A stretch of 32,000 nucleotides of DNA from an uncultured Lentisphaeria bacterium (GTDB lineage: Bacteria > Verrucomicrobiota > Lentisphaeria > JABSQK01 > JAJFLO01): contig OX638337.1 in NCBI GenBank assembly GCA_951812855.1, positions 1,020,001 to 1,052,000 of the forward strand, in the 5' to 3' direction. Under the pieces are notes generated by a model, which had not been told where the DNA came from, made no database searches, and saw only the letters and a list, made by a program, of their open reading frames with translations. A program made the translations under genes and the position numbers. The stretch's first letter is position 1, and the number at the start of each line of letters is the position of its first letter. Positions 9,827-18,573 of this stretch are shown piece by piece.

Positions 9827-11241
9827 GGGATGTAAGCCACATTGTCTTTAAACGATTCTACTATTTTCTCATCCGCGATGTTTGAATTAATTAAATCGTC
9901 AATTGTAACGTAGAATTTAGGTGAAATCTCAACTGTTGAATTTTTGAGATCTACTGATTCAGCCTGCTCTGGTGGAATTATGGCATTTATCCATCGGACA
10001 TGTTCTGCTATCATCATCTGTCTTGCCGAATCAACCGAATCGACTCCGGATTTATTTTTTACAGGTGCAAATTCCTGATCCCGTACAGATTCTAATATAA
10101 TCGTTTTGTTGGTTAACGGTAATGCATCAAAGACAAAGGTTTCAAGTTTAATACCGTTTGGTTGATCCGGGGCATTTTCCATTTCTAAATTGGTGATGCC
10201 GGGTATTTTCTTTAATGCTTTGTGATAGGGAAGTTGAAACTTGTTCTGATTTAAACGTTCGACAAAATTTCGATCTATAATGTGAATTGCAGGGCTGCCG
10301 GATATGAATTTTAATTTGCCGTTTTTATCTGTTTTAACTGCAAGTTCATCTGGAAGATCACTATATTCAACGATGCCTACTTTTTCGCCTGACTTACAAA
10401 ATACGCCCATTTTTTCCTCCGGCCCTGTTTTGGGAATGGACTTGCTGCTCATGTCTGATTGAGTTAAAACATGTAAACCTATAAATAGAGGATCAATTAT
10501 AGTAACAAGTGGATTATCAATCTGAAAGTAGGAAATATAATCGACTCCATTTTGTTCCATATCTGCTAATGCACCTGAGAGTTTTAATGCGTTTAAACTT
10601 CCGCCATGTCCATCTGGTGCTTTGGCAATTTGCCATTTACTTTTTAAAATTAAATTTCCATTTAAATCGAATGCGGGCATTTTCCCCTGAACAAGGAAAT
10701 AGATTTGGTCTTCTTCTAACCCAAAATTTTTACATTTTCTAATATAATCTTTAGTTTCTTCGTCATTCTCATCACTTGTCATGATATACCAACGTATCTT
10801 CGTACCATAAAGTTCACTAAAACGAAGAATTGATTCAGCAAATAATTGGAATAATGATTTATTCTTAATCGGTGAAATTGGCAACATTCCCTTTGGATGA
10901 TCAAATCCGAGTCGTGTTCCTTGACCACCTGCAACTGTGAACGCAGCAACTTTACCAGCCCGTATTAACTCTTTACCCTTATTTATTGCCTGTGCATATA
11001 GTTTTTTCAATTCACTGTCAGTCGGATCAACGGGATAGTATGGAGCGGGTTGGAATTCATCACCTAAACCGGGTGTTGTCAGATCTGCTGAAACACAATA
11101 GTTCGACCATTCTTCAAACCGGTCCCAATTTATTGTCTCCAGATCATGCGTAAGGGATGATTTTTGATCATCGGATAATTCGTCCCAAAATCTTAATAGA
11201 TGTTCCTGATTATATTTTTTAACTGGAGAGCGAATATCCAT
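9823..11241 (-). CDS. UDPGP-family (eukaryotic UAP1-like) UDP-N-acetylhexosamine / UDP-sugar pyrophosphorylase
   Basis: 472-aa ORF. The nucleotide-binding loop FTVAGGQGTRLGFDHPKGM matches the L(A/V)GGQGTRLG...PKG signature of the UDP-glucose/GlcNAc pyrophosphorylase family. The later APDGHGG and YFQIDNPL motifs also fit. Confidence 0.8.
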   Translation of the reverse strand: MDIRSPVKKYNQEHLLRFWDELSDDQKSSLTHDLETINWDRFEEWSNYCVSADLTTPGLGDEFQPAPYYPVDPTDSELKKLYAQAINKGKELIRAGKVAAFTVAGGQGTRLGFDHPKGMLPISPIKNKSLFQLFAESILRFSELYGTKIRWYIMTSDENDEETKDYIRKCKNFGLEEDQIYFLVQGKMPAFDLNGNLILKSKWQIAKAPDGHGGSLNALKLSGALADMEQNGVDYISYFQIDNPLVTIIDPLFIGLHVLTQSDMSSKSIPKTGPEEKMGVFCKSGEKVGIVEYSDLPDELAVKTDKNGKLKFISGSPAIHIIDRNFVERLNQNKFQLPYHKALKKIPGITNLEMENAPDQPNGIKLETFVFDALPLTNKTIILESVRDQEFAPVKNKSGVDSVDSARQMMIAEHVRWINAIIPPEQAESVDLKNSTVEISPKFYVTIDDLINSNIADEKIVESFKDNVAYIP

Positions 11242-11495
11242 AAAATTATGTATTTCTTATATAGATTGAAAAATTTAACGGTTTACTGCCTTACTTGGAT
11301 TTTATGGCTGGAATATTGATCCTGAACAAAGTTGAATTGACGGTAAATTAATGGCATCTTGATGATAATTCCAAGTAAACCAAATAAAAAGGTATATTAT
11401 TCGGGATGTTCCGGGTTGGGGCTTTTCTTCTATCACATTCCAAGATACCGTTATATCCATGCTTTCAATAGTCAACCCTGAATCTGCCTGGAAAC

Positions 11496-11523
11496 GGTGT
11501 AAGCGAATAGGTGTAAGCGAATA
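11496..11523. repeat. Perfect tandem duplication, 14 bp x 2 (GGTGTAAGCGAATA)
   Basis: Read directly: 11496-11509 equals 11510-11523. It lies in the 403-bp divergent intergenic region between the UDPGP gene and the HAD gene. Confidence 0.95.
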
Positions 11524-11644
11524 ATGGTTACTGACTTGAACAGTAATGTTTCGGAGTATGGCAGCGTCATTGGCTGGTAATTAAAACGATGCGTAAATTT
11601 CTCCATATATCAGAGAATCTGAAATTCAACAGGCAGGTAAATAT

Positions 11645-12208
11645 ATGTATCATATTGCAATTGATTTAGATAATACTTTGCTGGATACCTCAAAGGCCTG
11701 TATTACACAATTTAATAAATTAACAGGTATTGATCTTTTCCCAACGGATGAAAATTATTATCGATATTATGAATTTTATGGTTGGAATGAAGAAATGTAT
11801 GAGGTTGCCTATAAGCAAATGGGTAATGAAATTCATTGGGAATCGGATCCTTATCCCTATGCAGTTGAGGTTGTAAAACATCTTTTTCAACGATATCAAT
11901 TAACCATTTTGACCGCACGCCCGGACTTATTTTATGATGTAACTCTTAAATGGCTTCAGCTTCATGACATTCCATTTCATGATATCATGTTTGAACGTGA
12001 AAAGTTTAGAATTTGCGAATCTCACAATATTGATTTGCTTATTGATGATGCCCCGCACTATGCCGAGGAATTTTCCTCAAAAGGCAGGAAGTTTATGATA
12101 ATGGATCAACCCTATAATCGAAATATTAATCATGATCTCATTCATCGTGTCAATGAATGGAAAGATGTTATAGGTATAATAGCTGAATGTCACGGAACAA
12201 GGGTTTAA
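11645..12208 (+). CDS. HAD-superfamily hydrolase, 5'(3')-deoxyribonucleotidase-like
   Basis: 187-aa ORF. HAD motif I (IAIDLDNTLLD, the DxDxT form) is at the N-terminus, a LTAR motif II-like element follows, and LLIDDAP resembles motif IV. Size and layout resemble NT5C-type nucleotidases. Confidence 0.6.
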   Translation: MYHIAIDLDNTLLDTSKACITQFNKLTGIDLFPTDENYYRYYEFYGWNEEMYEVAYKQMGNEIHWESDPYPYAVEVVKHLFQRYQLTILTARPDLFYDVTLKWLQLHDIPFHDIMFEREKFRICESHNIDLLIDDAPHYAEEFSSKGRKFMIMDQPYNRNINHDLIHRVNEWKDVIGIIAECHGTRV

Positions 12209-12451
12209 GTACCAGTGGCGTAATAAACATGATTAAATTAAGTAATTTAAATTTATTGATCATATTTGTGCTTTGTGTTCTTGGTTCGTATGGTGAATCA
12301 GCTCGGGTTGCAAGGGATAGAGTTGATCTTTATAAGCGGGAAAGGATTCTATGCCACAAAGCAATAAATTGTGTCACAGATGATCTGAATGTGTCAGTTA
12401 GATTTGAATGGTAAGTTTATGCGTCAGTAATTTGATTTAAGATTGATTCTA

Positions 12452-13177
12452 ATGAACTCTAAAATACCCCTGGCCAGCTATATAGCGAGATCCGGCATTG
12501 CATCAAGACGAGCTGCACAGGACTTCGTCCGATCAGGGAAGATTTTTGTAAACGGGAATGTTACAACCAATCTTTCGACGATAATTGAAATTGACCGTGA
12601 CACCGTCTGCTTAAACAGATCTCAATTAATCCTCCAAAAGAGACGATATTTTCTCCTGCATAAACCTAAAGGTTACATTTGTTCTGCAAATGACAGGCAT
12701 GCTTCAAAGCTTATATATGAGTTGGTGGATCCCGCGATTGATGAGCGATTATTTTCTATCGGTAGATTGGATAAAGACAGTGAAGGTTTATTGCTGCTGA
12801 CAAATGATGGGGAATTGTCTAATAAATTAACACACCCTAACTATCAGGTAGCCAAAGTTTACCTCGTTAAACTATCTGGAGTTTTCAATCATAAACAAAT
12901 ACATTCTTTGGAAAAAGGAATTATGGATGATGGAGAATTACTAAAGGCAAATTCTGTAATCGTTGTCTCAAATTCAGAAGTTCGTTCAACTCTAAAAATT
13001 TCTGTCAGTGAAGGGAAAAAAAGAGAAATCCGCCGAATGTGCAATCATTTTGGATATCATGTAAAACTACTGAGACGGATTTCGTTCGGCCCATTGATTC
13101 TTGGAAAATTTAAGCCGGGTCTGTTTAGAGAACTTACAACTGAAGAATTGGAAAAATTACAGAAGAGTGTTGCCTGA
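12452..13177 (+). CDS. Pseudouridine synthase, RsuA/RluB family, with an N-terminal S4 domain
   Basis: It has an S4-like N-terminus (LASYIARSGIASRRAAQDFVRSGKIFVNG) and the catalytic motif GRLDKDSEGLLLLTNDGEL. The ORF track starts at TTG 12443, but ATG 12452 is the more likely start. Confidence 0.85.
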   Translation: MNSKIPLASYIARSGIASRRAAQDFVRSGKIFVNGNVTTNLSTIIEIDRDTVCLNRSQLILQKRRYFLLHKPKGYICSANDRHASKLIYELVDPAIDERLFSIGRLDKDSEGLLLLTNDGELSNKLTHPNYQVAKVYLVKLSGVFNHKQIHSLEKGIMDDGELLKANSVIVVSNSEVRSTLKISVSEGKKREIRRMCNHFGYHVKLLRRISFGPLILGKFKPGLFRELTTEELEKLQKSVA

Positions 13178-13205
13178 ATTGAACCGGTCAATTAATTTTT
13201 TTTTT
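13177..13205 (+). terminator. Candidate rho-independent terminator for the pseudouridine synthase gene
   Basis: A hairpin AATTGA-accgg-TCAATT (13177-13193) is followed two bases later by a run of 10 T (13196-13205). The stem is short and AT-rich. The T run also encodes the KKK C-terminus of the convergent oxidoreductase gene. Confidence 0.3.
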
Positions 13206-14166
13206 CGTTAATTTGGCTCACAATCCTGTCTCCAATTTCTAATGCATCAAGAGCGTGCCGGGCAGATATATTTTCATCTGGAACAGACCCGTTGTCGATT
13301 ACGTATCGGCATGTTGTTATAAAAAACTCCAACTCTTTTTCCAGTGCATTATGGTCTTCAATTGGAACATCTTCACGTTTAATAGATTGCTTATCTTTAT
13401 AGACCAGCTCCCCCTTTTTTTCCTGATAGTCAAGTGACAGGTATGCATCTGATTGAAATATTCTTATTTTTCGCATGTATTCGTGGCTTACTCTGCTTGC
13501 GGTTAAGTTTGCGACGCAACCGTTTTTAAAGTTAATTCGTACGTTTGCAATGTCTTCGCTGTCACTTAGGATGGGAACCCCGACAGCATCGATTGCAGTA
13601 ACTGAACTGTCAACAAGATTTAGTATAATATCAATGTCATGGATCATTAAATCCAAGACCACACTTTCCTCTGTTCCTCTTGGAAGCAGTCCGGATCGGG
13701 GGGGGGGATAGGGAGCTAATCGATGGGATTCAATAAATCTCGGATCATTTACCTTTTTTTGTAAATAATTTATTACAGGGTTATATCGTTCAACATGCCC
13801 GACATGTAAGACACGTCCATGATTTTCAGCAAATTTTACCAGCTCTTTTGCTTCACTGACAGTAGAAGTTAACGGTTTTTCTACCAGGATATGTTTACCC
13901 ATTTTTAATAAACCTGAAACCGTTTGAAAATGAAGATGAGTTGGAACTGCGACGCTGAAGCAGTCGACATCTTCTGCCAATGCATCTAAAGATGTATAGA
14001 CTGTGGTTTGAAACTCATCAGCAATTTTTTGTGACTGTTCGGTATTTGTATCGTAGATCCCAACCAGATCTGATATCTTGCTATCCTGATAAAGACGGGT
14101 ATGATGTCGACCCAAAGACCCGACTCCTGCAACACCCACTTTTATTTTATTCATCATAAAAATCAA
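13192..14166 (-). CDS. Gfo/Idh/MocA-family NAD(P)-dependent oxidoreductase
   Basis: 324-aa ORF with an N-terminal Rossmann motif (KVGVAGVGSLGRHH) and the family-typical ILVEKPL motif. Confidence 0.8.
   Translation of the reverse strand: MIFMMNKIKVGVAGVGSLGRHHTRLYQDSKISDLVGIYDTNTEQSQKIADEFQTTVYTSLDALAEDVDCFSVAVPTHLHFQTVSGLLKMGKHILVEKPLTSTVSEAKELVKFAENHGRVLHVGHVERYNPVINYLQKKVNDPRFIESHRLAPYPPPRSGLLPRGTEESVVLDLMIHDIDIILNLVDSSVTAIDAVGVPILSDSEDIANVRINFKNGCVANLTASRVSHEYMRKIRIFQSDAYLSLDYQEKKGELVYKDKQSIKREDVPIEDHNALEKELEFFITTCRYVIDNGSVPDENISARHALDALEIGDRIVSQINEKKN
13698..13707. repeat. Homopolymeric G10 (C10 on the coding strand) inside the oxidoreductase CDS
   Basis: Read directly. On the minus strand it reads TAT CCC CCC CCC CGA, encoding Y-P-P-P-R. 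Confidence 0.95.
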
Positions 14167-14413
14167 TTATATCTTGAATCACCGTAATTGTGGCCGGCAC
14201 TCAAGGTCTCTGTAAATGGTTTTTGATAATACTCCAAAAGGGTATATTGCAATTCTGTATTGAATTGAAAAACAGGCATATCCTTAGCAGTTGACAGCCT
14301 TTTCAGGTATGAATAAATCCCTTAAATACTGGTTCAGGGGCATCGGCACTGATTTTATTAAAACGATCCACCGATAAATAAGGTATTCTTTATATGTCTA
14401 TAATACGTGTTGT

Positions 14414-14608
14414 CTACCTTGTCTCGCGACTGTCAATTTTTTCATTTGAATCCTTGGAATCGCTGGATTCGGGTGTGCTCTCTTTTGATCCTTTTTCAAA
14501 TTCATTTCTGGCTTTGACGATAGATCGTGCAAATTTCGGAATTGCTCCGGCTCCAAAAATAAGGAATATAACTGCACATATTATTATTACTTCTGTTGTT
14601 CCTGGCAT
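14414..14608 (-). CDS. tatA: Twin-arginine translocase subunit TatA/E
   Basis: Small protein with one N-terminal TM helix followed by an amphipathic helix (VIIICAVIFLIFGAGAIPKFARSIVKARNEFEKG) and an acidic, Ser-rich tail. AGGTGA lies 5 nt upstream of ATG 14608, so I prefer that start to the GTG at 14617 used by the ORF track. Confidence 0.8.
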   Translation of the reverse strand: MPGTTEVIIICAVIFLIFGAGAIPKFARSIVKARNEFEKGSKESTPESSDSKDSNEKIDSRETR

Positions 14609-14876
14609 GGTATTCACCTATACAGTTTAATTAAAAGGTAATTGCAGAGGTCTGTTAGAATCACAATGCAACCATATGAGAAAGATTTTTACAGCTTCTG
14701 AATCGAACTGAAAATAATTAATATATGGTTATCGACACAGTGACAATTTACCCGTCGACAATGAATCATGGTGGTAAACTAACTCCTTGAGATAAATTAA
14801 ACCATCTGTCCTTTCATTTAATTTTGTAAAAGTAGACATCCTGGAGCTTAGAATCCAATCATATTTTATCTCTATA

Positions 14877-15614
14877 CTAATCAATTTCATCGCCGAACTT
14901 ACATAGTTTTGCAATGAAAACAGTAAGATAAAAAAGCAGTATCAATGGAAGCGAAAGTCCAATTTGTGAGACAATATCAGGTGGTGTAATTATCGCAGAT
15001 ATAATAAATATTAAAATAATGAAATATCGTGAACTCTTCAGTAAAGCGGCTCTTGAAATCACGTTCATTATCATTAATGATAATAAAACTAATGGCAACT
15101 GAAACAGCACTGAAAAAGCAAGAACAAGTTGAAATACAAAGTACATGCTTTCCCTGAAATCCAGCCATGTTTTGACATTAGCCGGTACAAACGAACTACT
15201 TTTTAAAAACTCAATCGATAACGGTAATATTTGAACGTAAGCCATATAACTGCCCGCAATTACCAGAACAAGACTTCCCAAAAGGAAAAATAATAAAATT
15301 CTTCGTTCATTAGGAGTCATTGCAGGTAGAATGAACATGATAATGTTATAAATATGAACAGGCAGAGACAGGATCAACCCAATATATGCAGAGAGTCTGA
15401 TTTTTGTTGAAAAACCATGCTCAATTTGAGTAATATACAGGTCTTCACCGAAGGGGCAGATTAAAAAGTCAATAATATGATTGTAGAATGAAAATCCGAT
15501 GATAAATGCAAAAAAGACTGCGATGATTGAAGAAATTAGCCGATACCTCAATTCCGCAATATGCGTTAGGAACGGTTTTTCTATATCTATTTCTTCTGGA
15601 TTTGAACTAATCAT
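14877..15614 (-). CDS. tatC: Twin-arginine translocase subunit TatC
   Basis: 245-aa polytopic membrane protein. It has the TatC N-terminal signature FLTHIAELRYRL and about six hydrophobic segments. Confidence 0.9.
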   Translation of the reverse strand: MISSNPEEIDIEKPFLTHIAELRYRLISSIIAVFFAFIIGFSFYNHIIDFLICPFGEDLYITQIEHGFSTKIRLSAYIGLILSLPVHIYNIIMFILPAMTPNERRILLFFLLGSLVLVIAGSYMAYVQILPLSIEFLKSSSFVPANVKTWLDFRESMYFVFQLVLAFSVLFQLPLVLLSLMIMNVISRAALLKSSRYFIILIFIISAIITPPDIVSQIGLSLPLILLFYLTVFIAKLCKFGDEID

Positions 15615-15631
15615 AAAAAAAGGAGATAATC

Positions 15632-16047
15632 ATGAAACATTTTAGAAAAGAATTATGGTTTGAGATAAAAAAAGAAGACAATTAATAAATATAACACCGA
15701 TTCTCGAAGAATGTTTAGTCGAAAGTAAAATAGAAAATGGGCTGTTATTGTGTAATGCCATGCATATTACTGCCAGCGTTTTCATTAATGACGATGAATC
15801 AGGACTGCATCACGATTTCGAATTATGGTTGGAGAAACTCGCTCCTGAAAAGCCATATTCTCACTATAAGCACAATGGATTTGAAGATAATGCAGATGCC
15901 CATCTGAAACGGACAATCATGGGGAGGGAAATTGTTGTCGCAGTTACCGACGGGAAAATGGATTTTGGCCCCTGGGAACAGGTGTTTTATGGAGATTTTG
16001 ACGGGAAACGAAGGAAACGAGCACTTGTAAAAATCATTGGTGAGTAA
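15632..16047 (+). pseudogene. yjbQ: YjbQ/UPF0047-family protein (secondary thiamin-phosphate-synthase family), reading frame split at an A7 run
   Basis: ATG 15632, preceded by AAGGAG, encodes [14 protein letters not shown] and stops four codons later. The -1 frame from 15673 continues [42 protein letters not shown]...VKIIGE. Joined, these give about 138 aa that fits the family layout. The junction is the run A7 at 15667-15673. Confidence 0.75.
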
Positions 16048-16084
16048 ACTATTTATTTTTTATCTCTGCTAAGCTTGCGTATAT

Positions 16085-16891
16085 ATGGAGAAAAATTTAA
16101 TGATTAAAGTTAATGAGAAAGACATTCCGTTTAAAGATGGAATGACACTGATTCAATTAAGGAAAAAGCATAAACCGGATGCAGACATTATGGTCTACAA
16201 TGGGTTCCCGGTTGTTAAAGATATAACTTTAAATGATCAGGATCAGGTATGTTTTATCCGTCGAGGTGAAATTCCGAAAGCTGAAGAAATGAAACAATTA
16301 ATGATTTCAAGACATTCCCCTGAAATTTACGAAAAAATCGAAAATAAATGTATTGGTATTGCAGGTGCAGGCGGTCTTGGGTCATCATTAGCGATCGCAT
16401 TAGCCCGCTTATCGGTTGGTAAGTTAGTCATTGTCGATTTCGATGTGGTTGAACCGAGTAATTTAAATCGACAACAATACTTTATTGACCAAATTGGAAT
16501 GTTTAAGGTGGATGCACTTAAAGCCGGTCTGGAGAAGGTGAACCCGTTTTTAGATGTTGAGACAGTGAATCAAAAATTAGACGCAGACAATATTGGTGAC
16601 ACCTTTAAGGGGTGCGATGTTATTGCAGAATGTTTTGATAATCCGGAATCTAAAAGTATCATTGTCGAATTTGTTTTATCTGAATTTAAAAAGCCTGTTG
16701 TTGCTGTATCCGGTATTGCAGGGTTTGAAAATATTCATGAGTTAACCTGTCGAAATCCCATGAAAAATTTTTATTTAATTGGAGACGGTGTCACAGCGGC
16801 TGCTCCCGGCATGGGGTTGATGGCGCCAAAAGTTGGAATTGCCGCTCACATGCAAGCCGGAAAAATACTTGAATTACTATTAAAAATGTAG
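16085..16891 (+). CDS. thiF: ThiF/MoeB-family adenylyltransferase with an N-terminal ThiS-like beta-grasp domain
   Basis: 268-aa ORF. Residues from about 85 on carry the E1-like nucleotide loop IGIAGAGGLGSSLAIALAR and DFDVVEPSNLNRQ. The first roughly 65 aa (IKVNEKDIPFKDGMTL...NGFPV...LNDQDQVCFIRRG) follow the ThiS pattern but lack a free GG end. Confidence 0.85.
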   Translation: MEKNLMIKVNEKDIPFKDGMTLIQLRKKHKPDADIMVYNGFPVVKDITLNDQDQVCFIRRGEIPKAEEMKQLMISRHSPEIYEKIENKCIGIAGAGGLGSSLAIALARLSVGKLVIVDFDVVEPSNLNRQQYFIDQIGMFKVDALKAGLEKVNPFLDVETVNQKLDADNIGDTFKGCDVIAECFDNPESKSIIVEFVLSEFKKPVVAVSGIAGFENIHELTCRNPMKNFYLIGDGVTAAAPGMGLMAPKVGIAAHMQAGKILELLLKM

Positions 16892-16915
16892 ACTGAATAA
16901 GGTGGTTTGGAGATT

Positions 16916-17116
16916 ATGGATATCGTTTTAAATGGAGAAGGAATGGTAATAGATGACGGTTTCGTAATTACGGATTTATTGGAGAAGTTAAATCAAGATT
17001 CCAAGAGAGTTGTTGTCGAATTAAATCAAAATATTGTTGGTAAATCAGACTATTCTGAAGTGCAAATAAATGACGGTGATTCTTTCGAAATAATTCAATT
17101 TGTCCCGGGAGGCTGA
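16916..17116 (+). CDS. thiS: Sulfur-carrier protein ThiS
   Basis: 66 aa ending in the diagnostic C-terminal GG (...INDGDSFEIIQFVPGG). AAGGTGG lies upstream of ATG 16916; the ORF track began at TTG 16907. Confidence 0.8.
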   Translation: MDIVLNGEGMVIDDGFVITDLLEKLNQDSKRVVVELNQNIVGKSDYSEVQINDGDSFEIIQFVPGG

Positions 17117-17204
17117 GTCATAATTACCGTGTTGGTGAATCGATTTTATGTTTGTATTGGATGGTTTTAACATCTCGCAAACAGCTGAAGAATCAATCCA
17201 AATT

Positions 17205-17294
<90 letters not shown>

Positions 17295-17479
17295 GGATTT
17301 GTACGACGTAATACATCATTTACACTTTAACAACAGTACATGGTTTACAGGACCGTTTCTCGATATACCTGACTCTCGATAGTGACCGGAAATCTTTCAT
17401 TTTTCAGATAACTAATTTACCAAACGTGCCCCTCTAAATCAGGAATCATTTTATATTCTGTTCCGGAATAGTTTATGGT

Positions 17480-18067
17480 TCACGATGATTCAATAGTTAA
17501 GTTGTTTGCAAACAAGGCAATACAATTCTTACCCACTTCTGCGGTGTCCCTGTAGGCATAAGCACCGATACCGACGGCACCAATGACCGGCATCCAGCGG
17601 GCCAATGATCTTCCAGTTGTCCTGTGTATGACCTTAACACCTACCCGTCGCATCATAGCTTTAGTCAAATGTGTCGACATGCTCTTAATAATTATTCGTT
17701 CTCCGGTTCTTACTGCGATATCTCTTACAATCTGGCCGGCCGAGTGTTTGAATAGACAATAAATCAATTGTTCTCGGGTTAATGTTGCTTCTCGGTCAAA
17801 TGTTGCAGCGATATCAACAACCATTTGATTTTGAATTTTCCAGATCGCAATTAAATCTGGAATGATAGTCAACATGCCCAATGGACCGGGCGGCAGAGCC
17901 AGTGTACCGGCAACAGCAGCTGACTTAATTGCTGCATTGTCTATTATAACTCGACTTTTTTCAATCGGATTATCCTGACAAATCACTTCTCTTGATTTTG
18001 GAATGACTGAGATAGTATTCATCAAGGAATCATAAACTTTATCCATCAATGTCTGATCAATTTTCAA
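17480..18067 (-). CDS. Hypothetical protein, possibly EcsC/DUF697-like
   Basis: 195-aa ORF. The central stretch AVAGTLALPPGPLGMLTIIPDLIAIWKIQNQMVVDIAATF and the C-terminal PVIGAVGIGAYAY resemble EcsC-type proteins. This is from memory of the family pattern and is not verified. Confidence 0.4.
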   Translation of the reverse strand: MKIDQTLMDKVYDSLMNTISVIPKSREVICQDNPIEKSRVIIDNAAIKSAAVAGTLALPPGPLGMLTIIPDLIAIWKIQNQMVVDIAATFDREATLTREQLIYCLFKHSAGQIVRDIAVRTGERIIIKSMSTHLTKAMMRRVGVKVIHRTTGRSLARWMPVIGAVGIGAYAYRDTAEVGKNCIALFANNLTIESS

Positions 18068-18366
18068 TGGTTTGCCCAGTGTGGTTTTATTACGGTTAAC
18101 ATTTAGACTGTATTTGTTGCTTATCTATAATAGGGTTTGTTTTCTTTAGAATATAAGATACTTAACAATCAGATTATTCGCATAATGAAACTGACTCTTA
18201 AAAGTTGAGTAAGCCAGTCAACTCTAAATTTAATTTATAATTCAATTCTGAGATGCGAGTTATAGAAGTGGGAATAGTCTAAATATTCCAATTGCAGAAA
18301 GGATAAAAAGTATGATCATGCCGAACCGATATCTATTTAATTTATATCCGGGTGTTTCGTCTTGAA

Positions 18367-18573
18367 TCATATAATCTGCAGGGGGTGTAACTTCCTTTCT
18401 GTAATGGGTTGTTCAGATACTATGCTGATTTCAGCAGCTGATAAATCAGAAATTACAATCGCAGCATTTCCATTCCTGAAGTCTTGAAACAGGTCGCCTG
18501 ACGAAGATGCAAATCGTTTGTCAAAGCAACCGGTAATCACAGATGTATCGATGCATATTTGCGGTGGATTCAC
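18367..18573 (-). pseudogene. Possible truncated PIN-domain (VapC-like) remnant
   Basis: 68-aa ORF with a GTG start. ICIDTSVI resembles the first acidic motif of PIN domains and ISDLSAAEI the second. It is about half the normal PIN length and I found no antitoxin ORF upstream. Confidence 0.3.

Noticed and set aside
11496-11523. CRISPR-like or other repeat array, considering the tandem repeats here and at 31508-31571.
   Set aside because: Each has only two directly abutting copies with no spacers. These are simple tandem duplications, not arrays.
12187-12414. 75-aa ORF; an internal ATG at 12229 would give a 61-aa peptide with a signal-like N-terminus (MIKLSNLNLLIIFVLCVLGSYG).
   Set aside because: It is short, has no motif and has a weak start context. 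It could be a real small secreted peptide, but I cannot support that from sequence alone.
14729-14914. 61-aa minus-strand ORF in the tatC-tatA spacer, considered as a possible tatB.
   Set aside because: It overlaps the tatC 3' end, and it has no TM helix plus amphipathic helix of the TatA/B type.
15615-16084. TPP riboswitch upstream of yjbQ/thiF/thiS.
   Set aside because: Only 17 bp separate the tatC and yjbQ starts, and 37 bp separate yjbQ and thiF. No CUGAGA or ACCUGAUCUGGAUAAUGCCAGCG-like core is visible.
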